Assembly: GCA_029781045.1 (NCBI GenBank)
Contig: JAKOXL010000001.1
Coordinates: forward strand, 8,084-72,083
Reading direction: 5' to 3'
Length of the DNA stretch: 64,000 nt
Source: Bacillota bacterium
GTDB taxonomy: Bacteria; Bacillota; UBA994; UBA5500
The notes under the pieces were generated by a model that had not been told where the DNA came from, ran no database searches, and saw nothing but the letters and a program-made list of their open reading frames with translations. Positions 36,700 through 45,603 of this stretch are shown piece after piece. Position numbers and translations under genes: made by a program. How positions within the stretch are numbered: the first letter of the stretch is position 1; every line of letters starts with the position of its first letter.

Positions 36700-37638
36700 A
36701 TGAAAATTCTTATTACCCATCGCGCCTCAGAGCAGCATATTGCCACCATTAGAGCAGCGGTACCGCAGGCAGAGATCGTCGTCACCCACGATGAGGCGGA
36801 AATCGCCGCCCATATGCCTACGGCCAACGTGATCTGGGGCAGCAACTTTTCGGCCGAGCTTTTACCCCAGTGCCCCCATTTGGCTTTTATACAGGTCTCC
36901 TCTGCCGGCGTCGATCGTCTCTTGAGTCCCGAACTGTTGGCCCATCCGGTGCAACTGATCAATGCCCGTGGCATTCATGGAACCACCATTGCTGAGCATG
37001 TGTTTCTACTGATGCTGGCACTGGCTCGCCAGTTTCCGGCTATGCAGCAAGCCCAGCAGAAACATGAATGGATTAGGGTCAGCCCCCAACTGCTGGCCAA
37101 TAAGACCATAGGCATCATCGGCTATGGTAGTATAGGGCAGGCCATTGGTCAGCGGGCTAAAGCCTTTGGCATGCGCGTTCTAGCCCTGCGGCGCAATCCG
37201 GAACCCGACCAATGGGCCGATGAGGTCTGGGGCAATGATAAACTGCACCAGCTACTACCCCTGTGTGATTACGTGGTACTGGCCACGCCGTTGACACCGG
37301 AAACTCGGCACCTCATCGGTGCTCCTGAGCTTGCCTTATGTAAACCCACCTCCATCCTAATCAACATTGCTCGCGGGCCGGTAGTCGATGAACCAGCTCT
37401 CATCGCCGCTCTACAGAATGGAACCATTGCTGGTGCAGGTCTTGACGTGTTCTGTCAAGAGCCCCTCGACCCAGCCAGCCCCCTATGGGATATGCCCAAC
37501 GTGATCGTCACCCCCCATATGGCGGGGCATATGCCCAACTATGACGACAATGTGCTGGACATTTTCCTAGAAAACTTACGCCGCTATCAAGCCCACCAGC
37601 CTCTGATCAACGTGGTCGATAAACAGGCCGGCTACTAA
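36700..37638 (+). CDS. D-isomer specific 2-hydroxyacid dehydrogenase family, NAD-binding
   Basis: GIIGYGSIGQAIGQRAKAFGMRV Rossmann motif, with a catalytic His/Glu/Arg pattern of the D-2-hydroxyacid dehydrogenase family. Confidence 0.8.
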   Translation: MKILITHRASEQHIATIRAAVPQAEIVVTHDEAEIAAHMPTANVIWGSNFSAELLPQCPHLAFIQVSSAGVDRLLSPELLAHPVQLINARGIHGTTIAEHVFLLMLALARQFPAMQQAQQKHEWIRVSPQLLANKTIGIIGYGSIGQAIGQRAKAFGMRVLALRRNPEPDQWADEVWGNDKLHQLLPLCDYVVLATPLTPETRHLIGAPELALCKPTSILINIARGPVVDEPALIAALQNGTIAGAGLDVFCQEPLDPASPLWDMPNVIVTPHMAGHMPNYDDNVLDIFLENLRRYQAHQPLINVVDKQAGY

Positions 37639-37710
37639 ATAAGGCAGAACTGGGCAGGGTATAATTACCTGCATGACGACTGAACAAAACCAAAGTGAGG
37701 TGTATAAAGA

Positions 37711-38205
37711 ATGGACCGGGAGATATTTGACCAGGGCATTACTTTTTCCGCATACCTGGACAAAATGACTGACAGCCGACGGGAGGGTTTTATGGCCAGT
37801 TACAAGCAGGTGAAATTGGAGGCGGAAGATCATAGTACCCTCGCCCGTTTGACCTGCCCCATCTACGTAGCTGCCTTCAGCGAAGACTGGTGTGGCGATT
37901 GCCGTATCAACCTACCTGTGTTGGTGAAGTTGGCGGAAGCGTCCCGTTGCCTGGAAGTACGTTGTTTCGGTTGGGAGGAACAGCGGGAGTTGGCCAACCA
38001 GCTGGGCGTGGAACGGATACCGACTTTCATTTTCTACAACAAGAACTTCGAAGAAATTGGACGCTGGGTGGAACGTCCAGCCGCCGTCGTCCAGGCCCTT
38101 AACCTGCCAGACGAAGAAGAGAAGCGCAAAGTTCGTATCGCCTACAATCAGGGCCATTTCCATGAAGACACCATCGAGGAAATTCTAGATATTTTACACG
38201 CGTGA
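37711..38205 (+). CDS. thioredoxin-fold protein (CGDC active site)
   Basis: W-CGDC-R motif in a thioredoxin-like context. 164 aa. Confidence 0.6.
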   Translation: MDREIFDQGITFSAYLDKMTDSRREGFMASYKQVKLEAEDHSTLARLTCPIYVAAFSEDWCGDCRINLPVLVKLAEASRCLEVRCFGWEEQRELANQLGVERIPTFIFYNKNFEEIGRWVERPAAVVQALNLPDEEEKRKVRIAYNQGHFHEDTIEEILDILHA

Positions 38206-38273
38206 TTTTGTAGCCAGCGGGTGTGGTATACTGGGCATGAACGGTTCTTAGTTTGAAACAAGGAGGTTACATA

Positions 38274-38471
38274 ATGAAGATCACCAAGACCATGGGAATT
38301 CAAGAAGTTGTTGAGAAATATCCAGAGACTGTGCCCATTTTCTTCAAGCATGGCTTAGGTTGCCTCGGGTGCGCCGCTGCCCGTTTTGAGTCTATTGAAC
38401 AAGGGGCTATGGCTCACGGCATCGATGTGGATGCCCTCATTGCCGACCTGAACAAAGCTGTCGGTGAATAG
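38274..38471 (+). CDS. DUF1858 domain protein (small redox disulfide protein)
   Basis: MKITKTMGIQEVVEKYPETVPIFFKHGLGCLGCAAARFESIEQGA matches the DUF1858 pattern. AAGGAGG RBS 7 nt upstream of the ATG at 38274. Confidence 0.6.
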   Translation: MKITKTMGIQEVVEKYPETVPIFFKHGLGCLGCAAARFESIEQGAMAHGIDVDALIADLNKAVGE

Positions 38472-38481
38472 GTGGTAAAAG

Positions 38482-38515
38482 AGAAGGGCTGTCGCAAGAC
38501 AGCCCTTCTTTCTTT
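38482..38515. terminator. bidirectional terminator (GGGCTGTC-GCAA-GACAGCCC family)
   Basis: agaagggctgtc-gcaa-gacagcccttct followed by ttctttc. Lies between convergent genes. Confidence 0.6.
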
Positions 38516-38579
38516 ACGGTATCCGCTGGCGGTGGTCGCTTGGGACATGTGAGATCCTAGTGCGAACACCCGTCAGTAG

Positions 38580-39512
38580 TTACTCTAAGACATATACTTT
38601 CATTTTCCGTCGACCAAACTTCTTCATTTCTTCATAGGTTTCCATAAAAATGTCTATCTTGTTGCCTTTTATTGCGCCACCCGTATCCATCACCTGATAG
38701 ATACCCGAGTACTTCTTTCCTACCGCATCTAAACCTTCCACATATACTCTGGTGTTCATAGGAAGAACTCTAAGGTCGGCGGCTATAGTCAGGCCCGCAA
38801 CAGCCGGCTTGCCAGAAGCGGTCATACCACCCCAAGCGTCGTCGGGTTTACCCGTAACCGGGTCGATATCAGCGGTATAAGCAGTTGCTTCTACTGTGAG
38901 CACCTTGCTGTAGCGCAATGTCTGACCACCTCGCGAGATGGTGGCAATGGTGCCCTCTTCGATCATTCTGTCCTGCTTTTCTACTACCGTTACCGTGTCT
39001 ATGAGTTTACGTTCCTGCTCTTGCCCATTTTCTTTTATTACTTGATAGGTTTTAATAACCTTACCGTTGATGCCCGGTTGTATTTCCCTGATCTCCCCCC
39101 GATTCAAAGATCGCGAGGCTACCCGAATAGTGCGATAAGGAACCACTTCCTCCTCTCGTAGCAATTCATGGGTTACCCGGACCACCTTTACCCGCATATC
39201 GTCTACTAGCGGACTAGCGGGATCGGGCTCCACCCGGTCCAATGGGCCCAGTGTCACACCTGCGAACCGGACCGCATCGCCTACCGTGCGAGCACTCGTC
39301 CAAACACTCCTCTCTTTGCCGTCCACCATCACGGTTATCCGCTTAGCGAACATGAGCCGTTGTAGAGTCTGGCTCGGTGTCAATTGACCAATATTCGAGG
39401 CTGCCAGCTGAGCATAGGGCACACGGTCGACAAAGAAGCTCATAACTAAGACCAGTACGCAGCCAACAATAGCCAAAAGGGCAAAGTGCAGGAGCTTTTT
39501 CGATCCTAACAT
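38580..39512 (-). CDS. YabE-like cell-wall binding protein (DUF348/G5/3D domain architecture)
   Basis: N-terminal TM segment. The central region resembles G5 and the C-terminal region resembles a 3D (RlpA-like) domain with conserved D..D..G. Synteny is near oriC, as for B. subtilis yabE. Confidence 0.55.
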   Translation of the reverse strand: MLGSKKLLHFALLAIVGCVLVLVMSFFVDRVPYAQLAASNIGQLTPSQTLQRLMFAKRITVMVDGKERSVWTSARTVGDAVRFAGVTLGPLDRVEPDPASPLVDDMRVKVVRVTHELLREEEVVPYRTIRVASRSLNRGEIREIQPGINGKVIKTYQVIKENGQEQERKLIDTVTVVEKQDRMIEEGTIATISRGGQTLRYSKVLTVEATAYTADIDPVTGKPDDAWGGMTASGKPAVAGLTIAADLRVLPMNTRVYVEGLDAVGKKYSGIYQVMDTGGAIKGNKIDIFMETYEEMKKFGRRKMKVYVLE

Positions 39513-39786
39513 ACAGGATCCTCCCTTCTTGCTTCTGCCAGGACATTATAGTTTAACTAGTCTCAGCAAGTCAAACCTAACGCCCTGATACCATTTTTGC
39601 CCAAGACACGGATCCCTATACGCCAAAGACTTCCCTTAATTATAAATATGCACTTTCTTACTATAAGATTGGCTATATACTATCGTCAAATACCTCTCAC
39701 GTCAAATGGTAGATGTAGTAATGACTAAGCCACCAGACTATGTATATAATCACAAGAGAAGACATGTAAGAAAGGGGACCCAGTAA

Positions 39787-40797
39787 ATGTCCGAAAAATT
39801 GGTTGAAATAGTACGCGGTGATCTGGTGGAGAGCATACACCGGGGCGACCTGGCTGTTGTGGATTATACCGGTCGTCTACTCTATTCGGTAGGCGACCCG
39901 CAAGGAAAGATTACATTTATTCGCTCGGCCTCTAAGCCGATCCAGGCCATTCCCATTATTACCAGTGGCGCTGCAGATCACTTCGGCTTTACCGAGCAAG
40001 AATTGGCCGTATTCTGTGCCTCCCACGCAGCGGAGCAAATCCATGTGGAAACAGTGCTGGGTATCTTGGAGAAAATTGGGCTCACAGCTTCTGCCCTGCA
40101 ATGTGGTCGCCATCTACCCTTTAACAAAGAAGCAGCCGATAAGTTGGTGCGCAGTGGACAAGAACCCAGCGAGGTCCATTGCAACTGCTCCGGCAAGCAT
40201 TCCGGCATGCTGGCACTCGCCCAACACATGGGTTGGGATGTGGCCAGTTATCTGAGCATTGAACACCCGGTGCAACAAGCCATGCTACAAAGTATGGCTA
40301 CCTTCGCTGGCATGGAAGCCAAAGATATTGCCATCGGTGTAGATGGCTGTGGCGTTCCCGTCTTCGGCCTGCCGGTGTATAACATGGCCCTTGCCTGGGC
40401 GCGGCTCGCTAACCCTGAGAGTCTAGATTCGGCCAATGCCCAAGCCGCCCAACGCATTACCCGGGCCATGACCGCCCATCCACTGTTAGTCGCTGGCACT
40501 GGACGTCTCTGCACTGGCCTTATGACCCATCTCAACGGTCGCTTAGTGGCTAAGAGCGGAGCCGAAGGGGTCTATTGCGTTGGTATTCTAGGACAAGGTA
40601 TCGGTATAGCCGTCAAAATCGAGGACGGTAACGGCCGGGCTACCGGACCCGCCATCATCGATGCTTTGAGACAAATAGGGTTCTTGACCCCGGCCGACTT
40701 GGAGAACTTGAAGGAATTCCACAACCCCATCATCTATAACCATCGGCGCGATGTGGTGGGCGAGACCCGCGCCGCTTTCACCCTCGTAAGACACTAA
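39787..40797 (+). CDS. asparaginase (Rhizobium-type L-asparaginase II family)
   Basis: N-terminal VEIVRGDLVESIHRGDLAVVD...FIRSASKPIQA pattern of the PF06089 family. 336 aa. Assignment is from memory. Confidence 0.55.
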   Translation: MSEKLVEIVRGDLVESIHRGDLAVVDYTGRLLYSVGDPQGKITFIRSASKPIQAIPIITSGAADHFGFTEQELAVFCASHAAEQIHVETVLGILEKIGLTASALQCGRHLPFNKEAADKLVRSGQEPSEVHCNCSGKHSGMLALAQHMGWDVASYLSIEHPVQQAMLQSMATFAGMEAKDIAIGVDGCGVPVFGLPVYNMALAWARLANPESLDSANAQAAQRITRAMTAHPLLVAGTGRLCTGLMTHLNGRLVAKSGAEGVYCVGILGQGIGIAVKIEDGNGRATGPAIIDALRQIGFLTPADLENLKEFHNPIIYNHRRDVVGETRAAFTLVRH

Positions 40798-40837
40798 GGT
40801 CCGATGCCTCCGCAGGCGCATAAAGTGCAGTCGCACT

Positions 40838-41066
40838 AAGGTTTTCAAGTACCCCGTGCGGATACTGCTATGGGGCCGTTGGTCATACGCACGGCGCGTT
40901 GGGCCCAACAATCAGTAGAACGAAGGAGCCAAGGGAAAGCAGCGACAACAGGCCCAGCTGCCCTTGAACAGCTCATTCCGACCGAGGGTGGGCACAGGCG
41001 CTCTAGTGTGACCACGGCCATCGGTAGAACAAACAACAAGGGGCTGTTTTGCGACAGCCCCTTTTA
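40838..41066 (+). repeat. copy 1 of a ~230-nt conserved noncoding element (candidate sRNA or MITE-like repeat) ending in a GGGGCTGT..ACAGCCCC terminator hairpin
   Basis: About 75% identical to 47349-47590. Shared blocks are gtcgcacta(a/g)gg, atacgcac(g/a)gcgcg, aaagcag(c/a)gacaa, agctcattccgac and gcgctctagt, then the family hairpin. Confidence 0.5.
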
Positions 41067-41158
41067 TGGTCTGGAGGGCAGTGGGCAAACAAGAGCCCTA
41101 GCACCCAACCGCTATCTGAGATCTTCCTAGGACAACCCTTCTTAACGGCAATTCTCAC

Positions 41159-42265
41159 TTAGGCACGGGAAAGCACGCTAATGCTGCCGTTCTTGCTAGC
41201 AGCCATCACCTGCGTTTTGATGGCCGCCTGCTGCCAGTTTTCCGTAGATGCCTTATAGTGTTGCTTATCCTCTACACTAGCCACAAGGGCTGGCAAATCA
41301 ACACTTACACGGCCGCTTCGTGTCTGCAGGTCCAGCTGGTACCCCCTGGCGTCTCCCGTAGCCAGCTCAACTTGCACCGAACCATTGGTGGTAGTTAGAG
41401 TAATGGTGCCATCGCTGGTGGGTTCCAGAACCCCGCGAATCGAGCCATTCTTGCTAGTTGCTAAGAGGGAACCAACTTGAGCCGTAACCGTTATGCTGCC
41501 GTTCTTGGTCTCCAATTGCCAATCATCATGGGATTGCCCTCGTACCTTGATGGAGCCGTTCTTGGTCACAGCCCTACCGGCACCACAAACCTCTTCCACG
41601 GAAATAGAACCGTTCTTGCTCACTAGATCCATCTGGGTCAGCAACCGACGAGGGATGGCAATGTCAAAGGAGACGGAGCCGCGGATTTCTTCGCTCACTC
41701 GCCAGGCCAACTGCAGTTCCCCATCTTTCTGTTCCTCGTTTTGCAGCAAATATTGCTCCACCAACTGCCGGGCCTCTGCCTCACTATCGGCTTGAACTCG
41801 AAAACGTAACTGCACCGCGATATGTTCATCATCACTGGCCCGCAACCGTAGGTTACCGTTCTTGCTACTAATGTCCAAGTGTAATCTCTCTACCGTATCG
41901 GGAATGGCAACGGTCCGCTGTTCTTCCCAGGTGTAATGGGTGCCCCAGTGGCCGCCCAAAAACCCCTGCAGCCAGTCGGCTAGGCTCTGCCCCTCTCCCA
42001 ACTCCTGACTAATAGCCGATCTCACCTCTTGTAGGGCATCCTCTACCTCACTGGTGATTTCCTCTCCGATCTCCCGCAGTTCCTGCCCCAGTTCTTCCAA
42101 CAATGATGGGCTTTCCCTCATCACCGGCACCGGGATAGGTCCAACCTCTGGAACCTCCGGGGGCACCGACGTCCCTTCCAGTGCCTTGAGCAGGGCCAGG
42201 GCCTCTTCCGAGTTGATACGCCCCTGCTCCAACAGTTTTAGAATCCGCATTCTCGCTTCCGACAT
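41159..42265 (-). CDS. DUF4097 (YvlB-like putative adhesin / beta-helical repeat) protein with N-terminal helical domain
   Basis: N-terminal MSEARMRILKLLEQGRINSEEALALLKA motif. The C-terminus has repeated KNGSI(x)V beta-strand repeats. Paralog of the upstream gene. Confidence 0.6.
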   Translation of the reverse strand: MSEARMRILKLLEQGRINSEEALALLKALEGTSVPPEVPEVGPIPVPVMRESPSLLEELGQELREIGEEITSEVEDALQEVRSAISQELGEGQSLADWLQGFLGGHWGTHYTWEEQRTVAIPDTVERLHLDISSKNGNLRLRASDDEHIAVQLRFRVQADSEAEARQLVEQYLLQNEEQKDGELQLAWRVSEEIRGSVSFDIAIPRRLLTQMDLVSKNGSISVEEVCGAGRAVTKNGSIKVRGQSHDDWQLETKNGSITVTAQVGSLLATSKNGSIRGVLEPTSDGTITLTTTNGSVQVELATGDARGYQLDLQTRSGRVSVDLPALVASVEDKQHYKASTENWQQAAIKTQVMAASKNGSISVLSRA

Positions 42266-42282
42266 CCGGTCTTACCTCCCCA

Positions 42283-43374
42283 CTACACATTGATCTTAAT
42301 CGCCCCACTGACTGTGCGGGCCTTTACGGTCTGTTGCCATTCCTTATCGGCAAAATCTGGCGACTCGGCCACCAGCACGCGCTGTCCCGGCCGTTTCTGC
42401 TCTTCGTGCACTAGCAGGTCGGGCAAGTTATGCTTGATGCTACCGGCGGTGGTAGCTGCATCAATGCGGTAGCCGATGGCAGCCCCATGCGGCAGCTCGA
42501 CCTTAATAGAACCATTGATCGTGCGCAGATCCAGCTGGCAATCGCTGGCGCTAGTGATCTCCACATTGATCCCACCATTGGCGGCTTGAGCCTGCCCTCT
42601 TTCGATTACACCCTCAATCGTCACCGCTCCGTTAACCGAGCTGGTTTGCAAGTCCTCAGCTTGCAGCTTTTCTCCAGCTACTTTACCGTTTACCGTTTTC
42701 AGCACCATCATAGTAGCAGCCAAATTGGCCAGCTGAATGCTACCGTTGGTGGAAGCCAGACATATCTCGCTGTACTGGCGCTCGGGCGCTAGCAACTCCA
42801 TACTCACGCTGGCGTTTTGACCAAACAGGCGCCGTGCTTCTACGGTTAGATGACCTCCTGCACTGTCTACGCGCACCAGCCTATCAGCTATAGCCTTGGC
42901 ATTAGCTTCATCGTCAGCCCGCACCTTTAATTGCAGGCTTAAATGCCAGCGCTGATCAGGGCTGCGCCCCAACTCAATTCGGCCATTGGTGTTCTGCAGA
43001 TGGATCCGAGGGCTCTCCTCCGAAAACTCCCCTTCCATATGGCGCTCAAAGGAAAACTCCCTTCTGCCACCCAGTAGCCCGCCTAGAGCCCGCCAAGTCT
43101 TCTCCGGCCACAGACGCTGTGCTTCACTTTTTACTTTTTCGGCCTCGACCCGAGCTGCACGAGCAATTTCCCGCGCACGGGCTACTTCCTCTCTTACTGC
43201 CTGCCGCGCTCTACGTTCTTCCTCCTGCACAGCTCTGTGCAGTGTGGATGGGGTTTTGTCAGCTGTTCTGCTCTGAGCCAGAGCTTCCAACAACCCTACC
43301 GCTTCATCAGCCGTGATCTTGCCTTCTTCCAGCATCCGTAACACCAGCATTTGCTCTTCTGACATAGCAAACAC
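42283..43374 (-). CDS. DUF4097 (YvlB-like) protein, paralog of the downstream gene
   Basis: N-terminal SEEQMLVLRMLEEGKITADEAVGLLEAL motif. The C-terminus has NGxI/TNGSI repeats. Confidence 0.6.
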   Translation of the reverse strand: MFAMSEEQMLVLRMLEEGKITADEAVGLLEALAQSRTADKTPSTLHRAVQEEERRARQAVREEVARAREIARAARVEAEKVKSEAQRLWPEKTWRALGGLLGGRREFSFERHMEGEFSEESPRIHLQNTNGRIELGRSPDQRWHLSLQLKVRADDEANAKAIADRLVRVDSAGGHLTVEARRLFGQNASVSMELLAPERQYSEICLASTNGSIQLANLAATMMVLKTVNGKVAGEKLQAEDLQTSSVNGAVTIEGVIERGQAQAANGGINVEITSASDCQLDLRTINGSIKVELPHGAAIGYRIDAATTAGSIKHNLPDLLVHEEQKRPGQRVLVAESPDFADKEWQQTVKARTVSGAIKINV

Positions 43375-43385
43375 CTCCTGCTTTA

Positions 43386-43414
43386 ATATAAGCGCATATC
43401 CTTGCCATTGTCAA
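43386..43414 (-). promoter_or_regulatory. near-consensus sigma-A promoter (TTGACA-17-TTATAT) for the tandem DUF4097 genes
   Basis: On the minus strand TTGACA is at 43409-43414 and TTATAT at 43386-43391, with a 17-nt spacer, about 12 nt upstream of the 43374 start. Confidence 0.45.
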
Positions 43415-43531
43415 TAGATCTATTGAGAAAATAAAGGTCCGAACCTTGAATTCTATTAGGTTACAAACTCGCATTTCTGAGCATAAGTAAAGAGCCCAAC
43501 CTTGCGGTGGGCTCTTGTAGCTTTATGTTTT

Positions 43532-43699
43532 TTAAGCTGGGTTGGGAGCACCAACGGGGCAAACAGCAGCGCAAGCCCCACAATCGATGCACTTATCCGG
43601 ATCAATGACGTAAATATCACCTTCAGAAATTGCATCTACAGGGCATTCGGGCTGGCAAGCACCGCAGGCGATGCAATCATGACTAATCTTATAGGCCAC
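43532..43699 (-). CDS. fdx: clostridial-type 2x[4Fe-4S] ferredoxin (55 aa)
   Basis: AYKISHDCIACGACQPECPVDAISEGDIYVIDPDKCIDCGACAAVCPVGAPNPA matches the classic clostridial Fd pattern. GTG start with a GGAGGTG RBS. Confidence 0.8.
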   Translation of the reverse strand: MAYKISHDCIACGACQPECPVDAISEGDIYVIDPDKCIDCGACAAVCPVGAPNPA

Positions 43700-43788
43700 G
43701 GCCTTCACCTCCCCTCGCCGACATTGGCAATATGACAATACCATTGCCTTACCAGTCATATTATACATGAAAGTTTTCACCTAACCCA

Positions 43789-44301
43789 CTAGTAACCGAT
43801 TAAAAGAAAACTTTTTAGAGCCAAATACAAGCGGCGGATGTTGGACAGGCTATCGGCCGTGCTTACCAGCAGATTATCGCGCCGGCCTTTACCTCCACTT
43901 TTCTCATAAGGTATTAGAAGCACAGCGTGCTCGATCAGCTCCGACTCCACGAATTTGCAAACATCACGCCAGACATTAAAGTGTTTGCCCTTTTCCACTT
44001 CCACAGCCACTTTCCATCCCGGGTGATAGAAGTCAATCTCAAAGTCTGAATCGGGGGCAAACAGCCCAGGCACCTGCTGACTGGTTACTCCGTGGTGGAA
44101 ACCCAACTGCAGAAGAGCCGGGCGTAACAACCTCTCTACATCTTGGCTACGCGTGTAGCGCCCATCCCTAATCCTGACTAGCTCTTCTGCCTCACTGGCC
44201 ACGATCTCAATCAATTTCTGCTGCAGAGGATTAGCCTGTTCCACAAACACATATGTATGAACGGGGCCATTCACTGCGCTCCCTCCCCAAGGTCTTGGCA
44301 A
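43789..44301 (-). CDS. hypothetical protein with possible PD-(D/E)xK nuclease-like motif
   Basis: A D...EVEK segment (FEIDFYHPGWKVAVEVEKGK) could be a PD-(D/E)xK core. No other recognisable domain. The start is uncertain. Confidence 0.3.
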   Translation of the reverse strand: MPRPWGGSAVNGPVHTYVFVEQANPLQQKLIEIVASEAEELVRIRDGRYTRSQDVERLLRPALLQLGFHHGVTSQQVPGLFAPDSDFEIDFYHPGWKVAVEVEKGKHFNVWRDVCKFVESELIEHAVLLIPYEKSGGKGRRDNLLVSTADSLSNIRRLYLALKSFLLIGY

Positions 44302-44395
44302 GACTAGCCAGCTTGTCGGTTTTGGTATACTATCCTAGTGTATAGCAATAGAACTTATCTATACAGGCGCATATGGCGCTGGGAGGTGGAGAGTC

Positions 44396-45154
44396 TTGCC
44401 GGAAAAGATGGAACAGCTATTGGCACTGGGTCTTTATGCGGGCGATCTGCTACTCGGTAGCGGGGCCGAGATTTACCGGGTTGAGAGCACCATATACCAT
44501 TTACTTTCGGCTTGCGGAGCCTCCGATGTGGATTGCATTGCTACTCCCACCGCAATTCACCTTTCTGCCCACGCCTACGGACAAGTGGGCACCCGGGTTC
44601 GCCGCATTAGGAAGCGTTCCACCAACTTAGGCCGAGTCGCTGCCATCAACACCCTTTCCCGCTCCCTCACAGGGCGGGAGAACGATCCCTTGGTTGTTCT
44701 ACAACGTCTGCAATGCATCGAAGCAGACACGGAAAACAATTTGGTGGCCCTTGGCCCGTGGGCGGCTGCCCTGGGAGGAACCGCCTTTGCCACGCTTTTT
44801 GGAGCTAGAGATTGGGAGCTGCCATCAACAGCGCTAGTGGCCTGGCTAGTCTTCCAGTTTTCCACCTTTCTACGTCGACAAGGTATCGCCTCATTGCTGA
44901 CCGATTTTCTCTCCGGCTTTTTGGCCGGATTAGGCGCCCTTACCCTCACCCTTTTGCTACCAGGGATGCCCTATGACCGCATAATCCTCGGCGCCATTAT
45001 GAGCCTGGTACCCGGAGTCTTGCTTACATCCGGAGTACGCGACGTACTGGCCGGGGATTTGCTTTCAGGCATAGTTAGAACCAACGAGGCTCTCTTTACC
45101 GCTGCAGCCCTCGCTGCCGGTGTGGGTGCCATACTAGGGTGGTGGATTAGATGA
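44396..45154 (+). CDS. threonine/serine exporter family protein (ThrE N-half, DUF1212)
   Basis: The N-terminal region resembles DUF1212 and is followed by TM helices. The start is translationally coupled to the next gene. Confidence 0.65.
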   Translation: MPEKMEQLLALGLYAGDLLLGSGAEIYRVESTIYHLLSACGASDVDCIATPTAIHLSAHAYGQVGTRVRRIRKRSTNLGRVAAINTLSRSLTGRENDPLVVLQRLQCIEADTENNLVALGPWAAALGGTAFATLFGARDWELPSTALVAWLVFQFSTFLRRQGIASLLTDFLSGFLAGLGALTLTLLLPGMPYDRIILGAIMSLVPGVLLTSGVRDVLAGDLLSGIVRTNEALFTAAALAAGVGAILGWWIR

Positions 45155-45603
45155 GTATACCCCATGTAGCCGGACAGTTTTTGATCGCCTTTATCGCCTC
45201 CACAGCCTGGAGCGTTATTTTTCGTGCCCCCAAAAGGCGCATAGCTTTGGCCGGTCTCACCGGCGCCCTCGGCTGGATGGGATGGATGTTAGCTGGTGCT
45301 ATGGGCTTGGAAATCGTGGGGCGCACCGCCTTAGGGGCATTTGCCGTGGGTATTTCCGGGGAAATAATCGCCCGCCTCTGGCATGAACCAGCCACCGTAT
45401 TTCTTACACCCGGCATCGTGCCTTTGGTTCCGGGGGTAACTATCTACTCAGCCATGCAGGCCTTCGTGGTGGGCGACTACCTGGGCGGACTCAGTTTCAT
45501 TACTCAAGCCCTTTTGGCCGCAGGAGCCATAGCCGGTGGTTTGGCCATTGCCACCACTGTTGTGCGGGCCGCCTTACGCTCCCAGCGCCGAGGTAGACCA
45601 TAA
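45151..45603 (+). CDS. threonine/serine exporter family protein (ThrE C-half, DUF3815)
   Basis: Four-TM small membrane protein with a 4-nt overlap to the upstream DUF1212 gene. This pair is the typical split-ThrE arrangement. Confidence 0.65.
   Translation: MSIPHVAGQFLIAFIASTAWSVIFRAPKRRIALAGLTGALGWMGWMLAGAMGLEIVGRTALGAFAVGISGEIIARLWHEPATVFLTPGIVPLVPGVTIYSAMQAFVVGDYLGGLSFITQALLAAGAIAGGLAIATTVVRAALRSQRRGRP

Noticed and set aside
39513-39786. Possible c-di-AMP (ydaO-type) riboswitch upstream of the yabE-like gene
   Set aside because: The 274-bp region is AT-rich and shows none of the GC-rich conserved ydaO segments. It looks like ordinary divergent promoter DNA.
40838-41066. Identification of the repeated element as SRP RNA, 6S RNA, tmRNA or RNase P RNA
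   Set aside because: It lacks the SRP helix 8 motif (GUCCGGAAGGAAGCAGC) and lacks tmRNA/RNase P conserved regions. 6S RNA cannot be confirmed from primary sequence alone.
40870-41130. 86-aa and 61-aa ORFs (40870-41130, 47391-47576) covering the two conserved noncoding elements
   Set aside because: The two copies differ by indels that break any common reading frame. Conservation is at nucleotide level in blocks, not at codon level.
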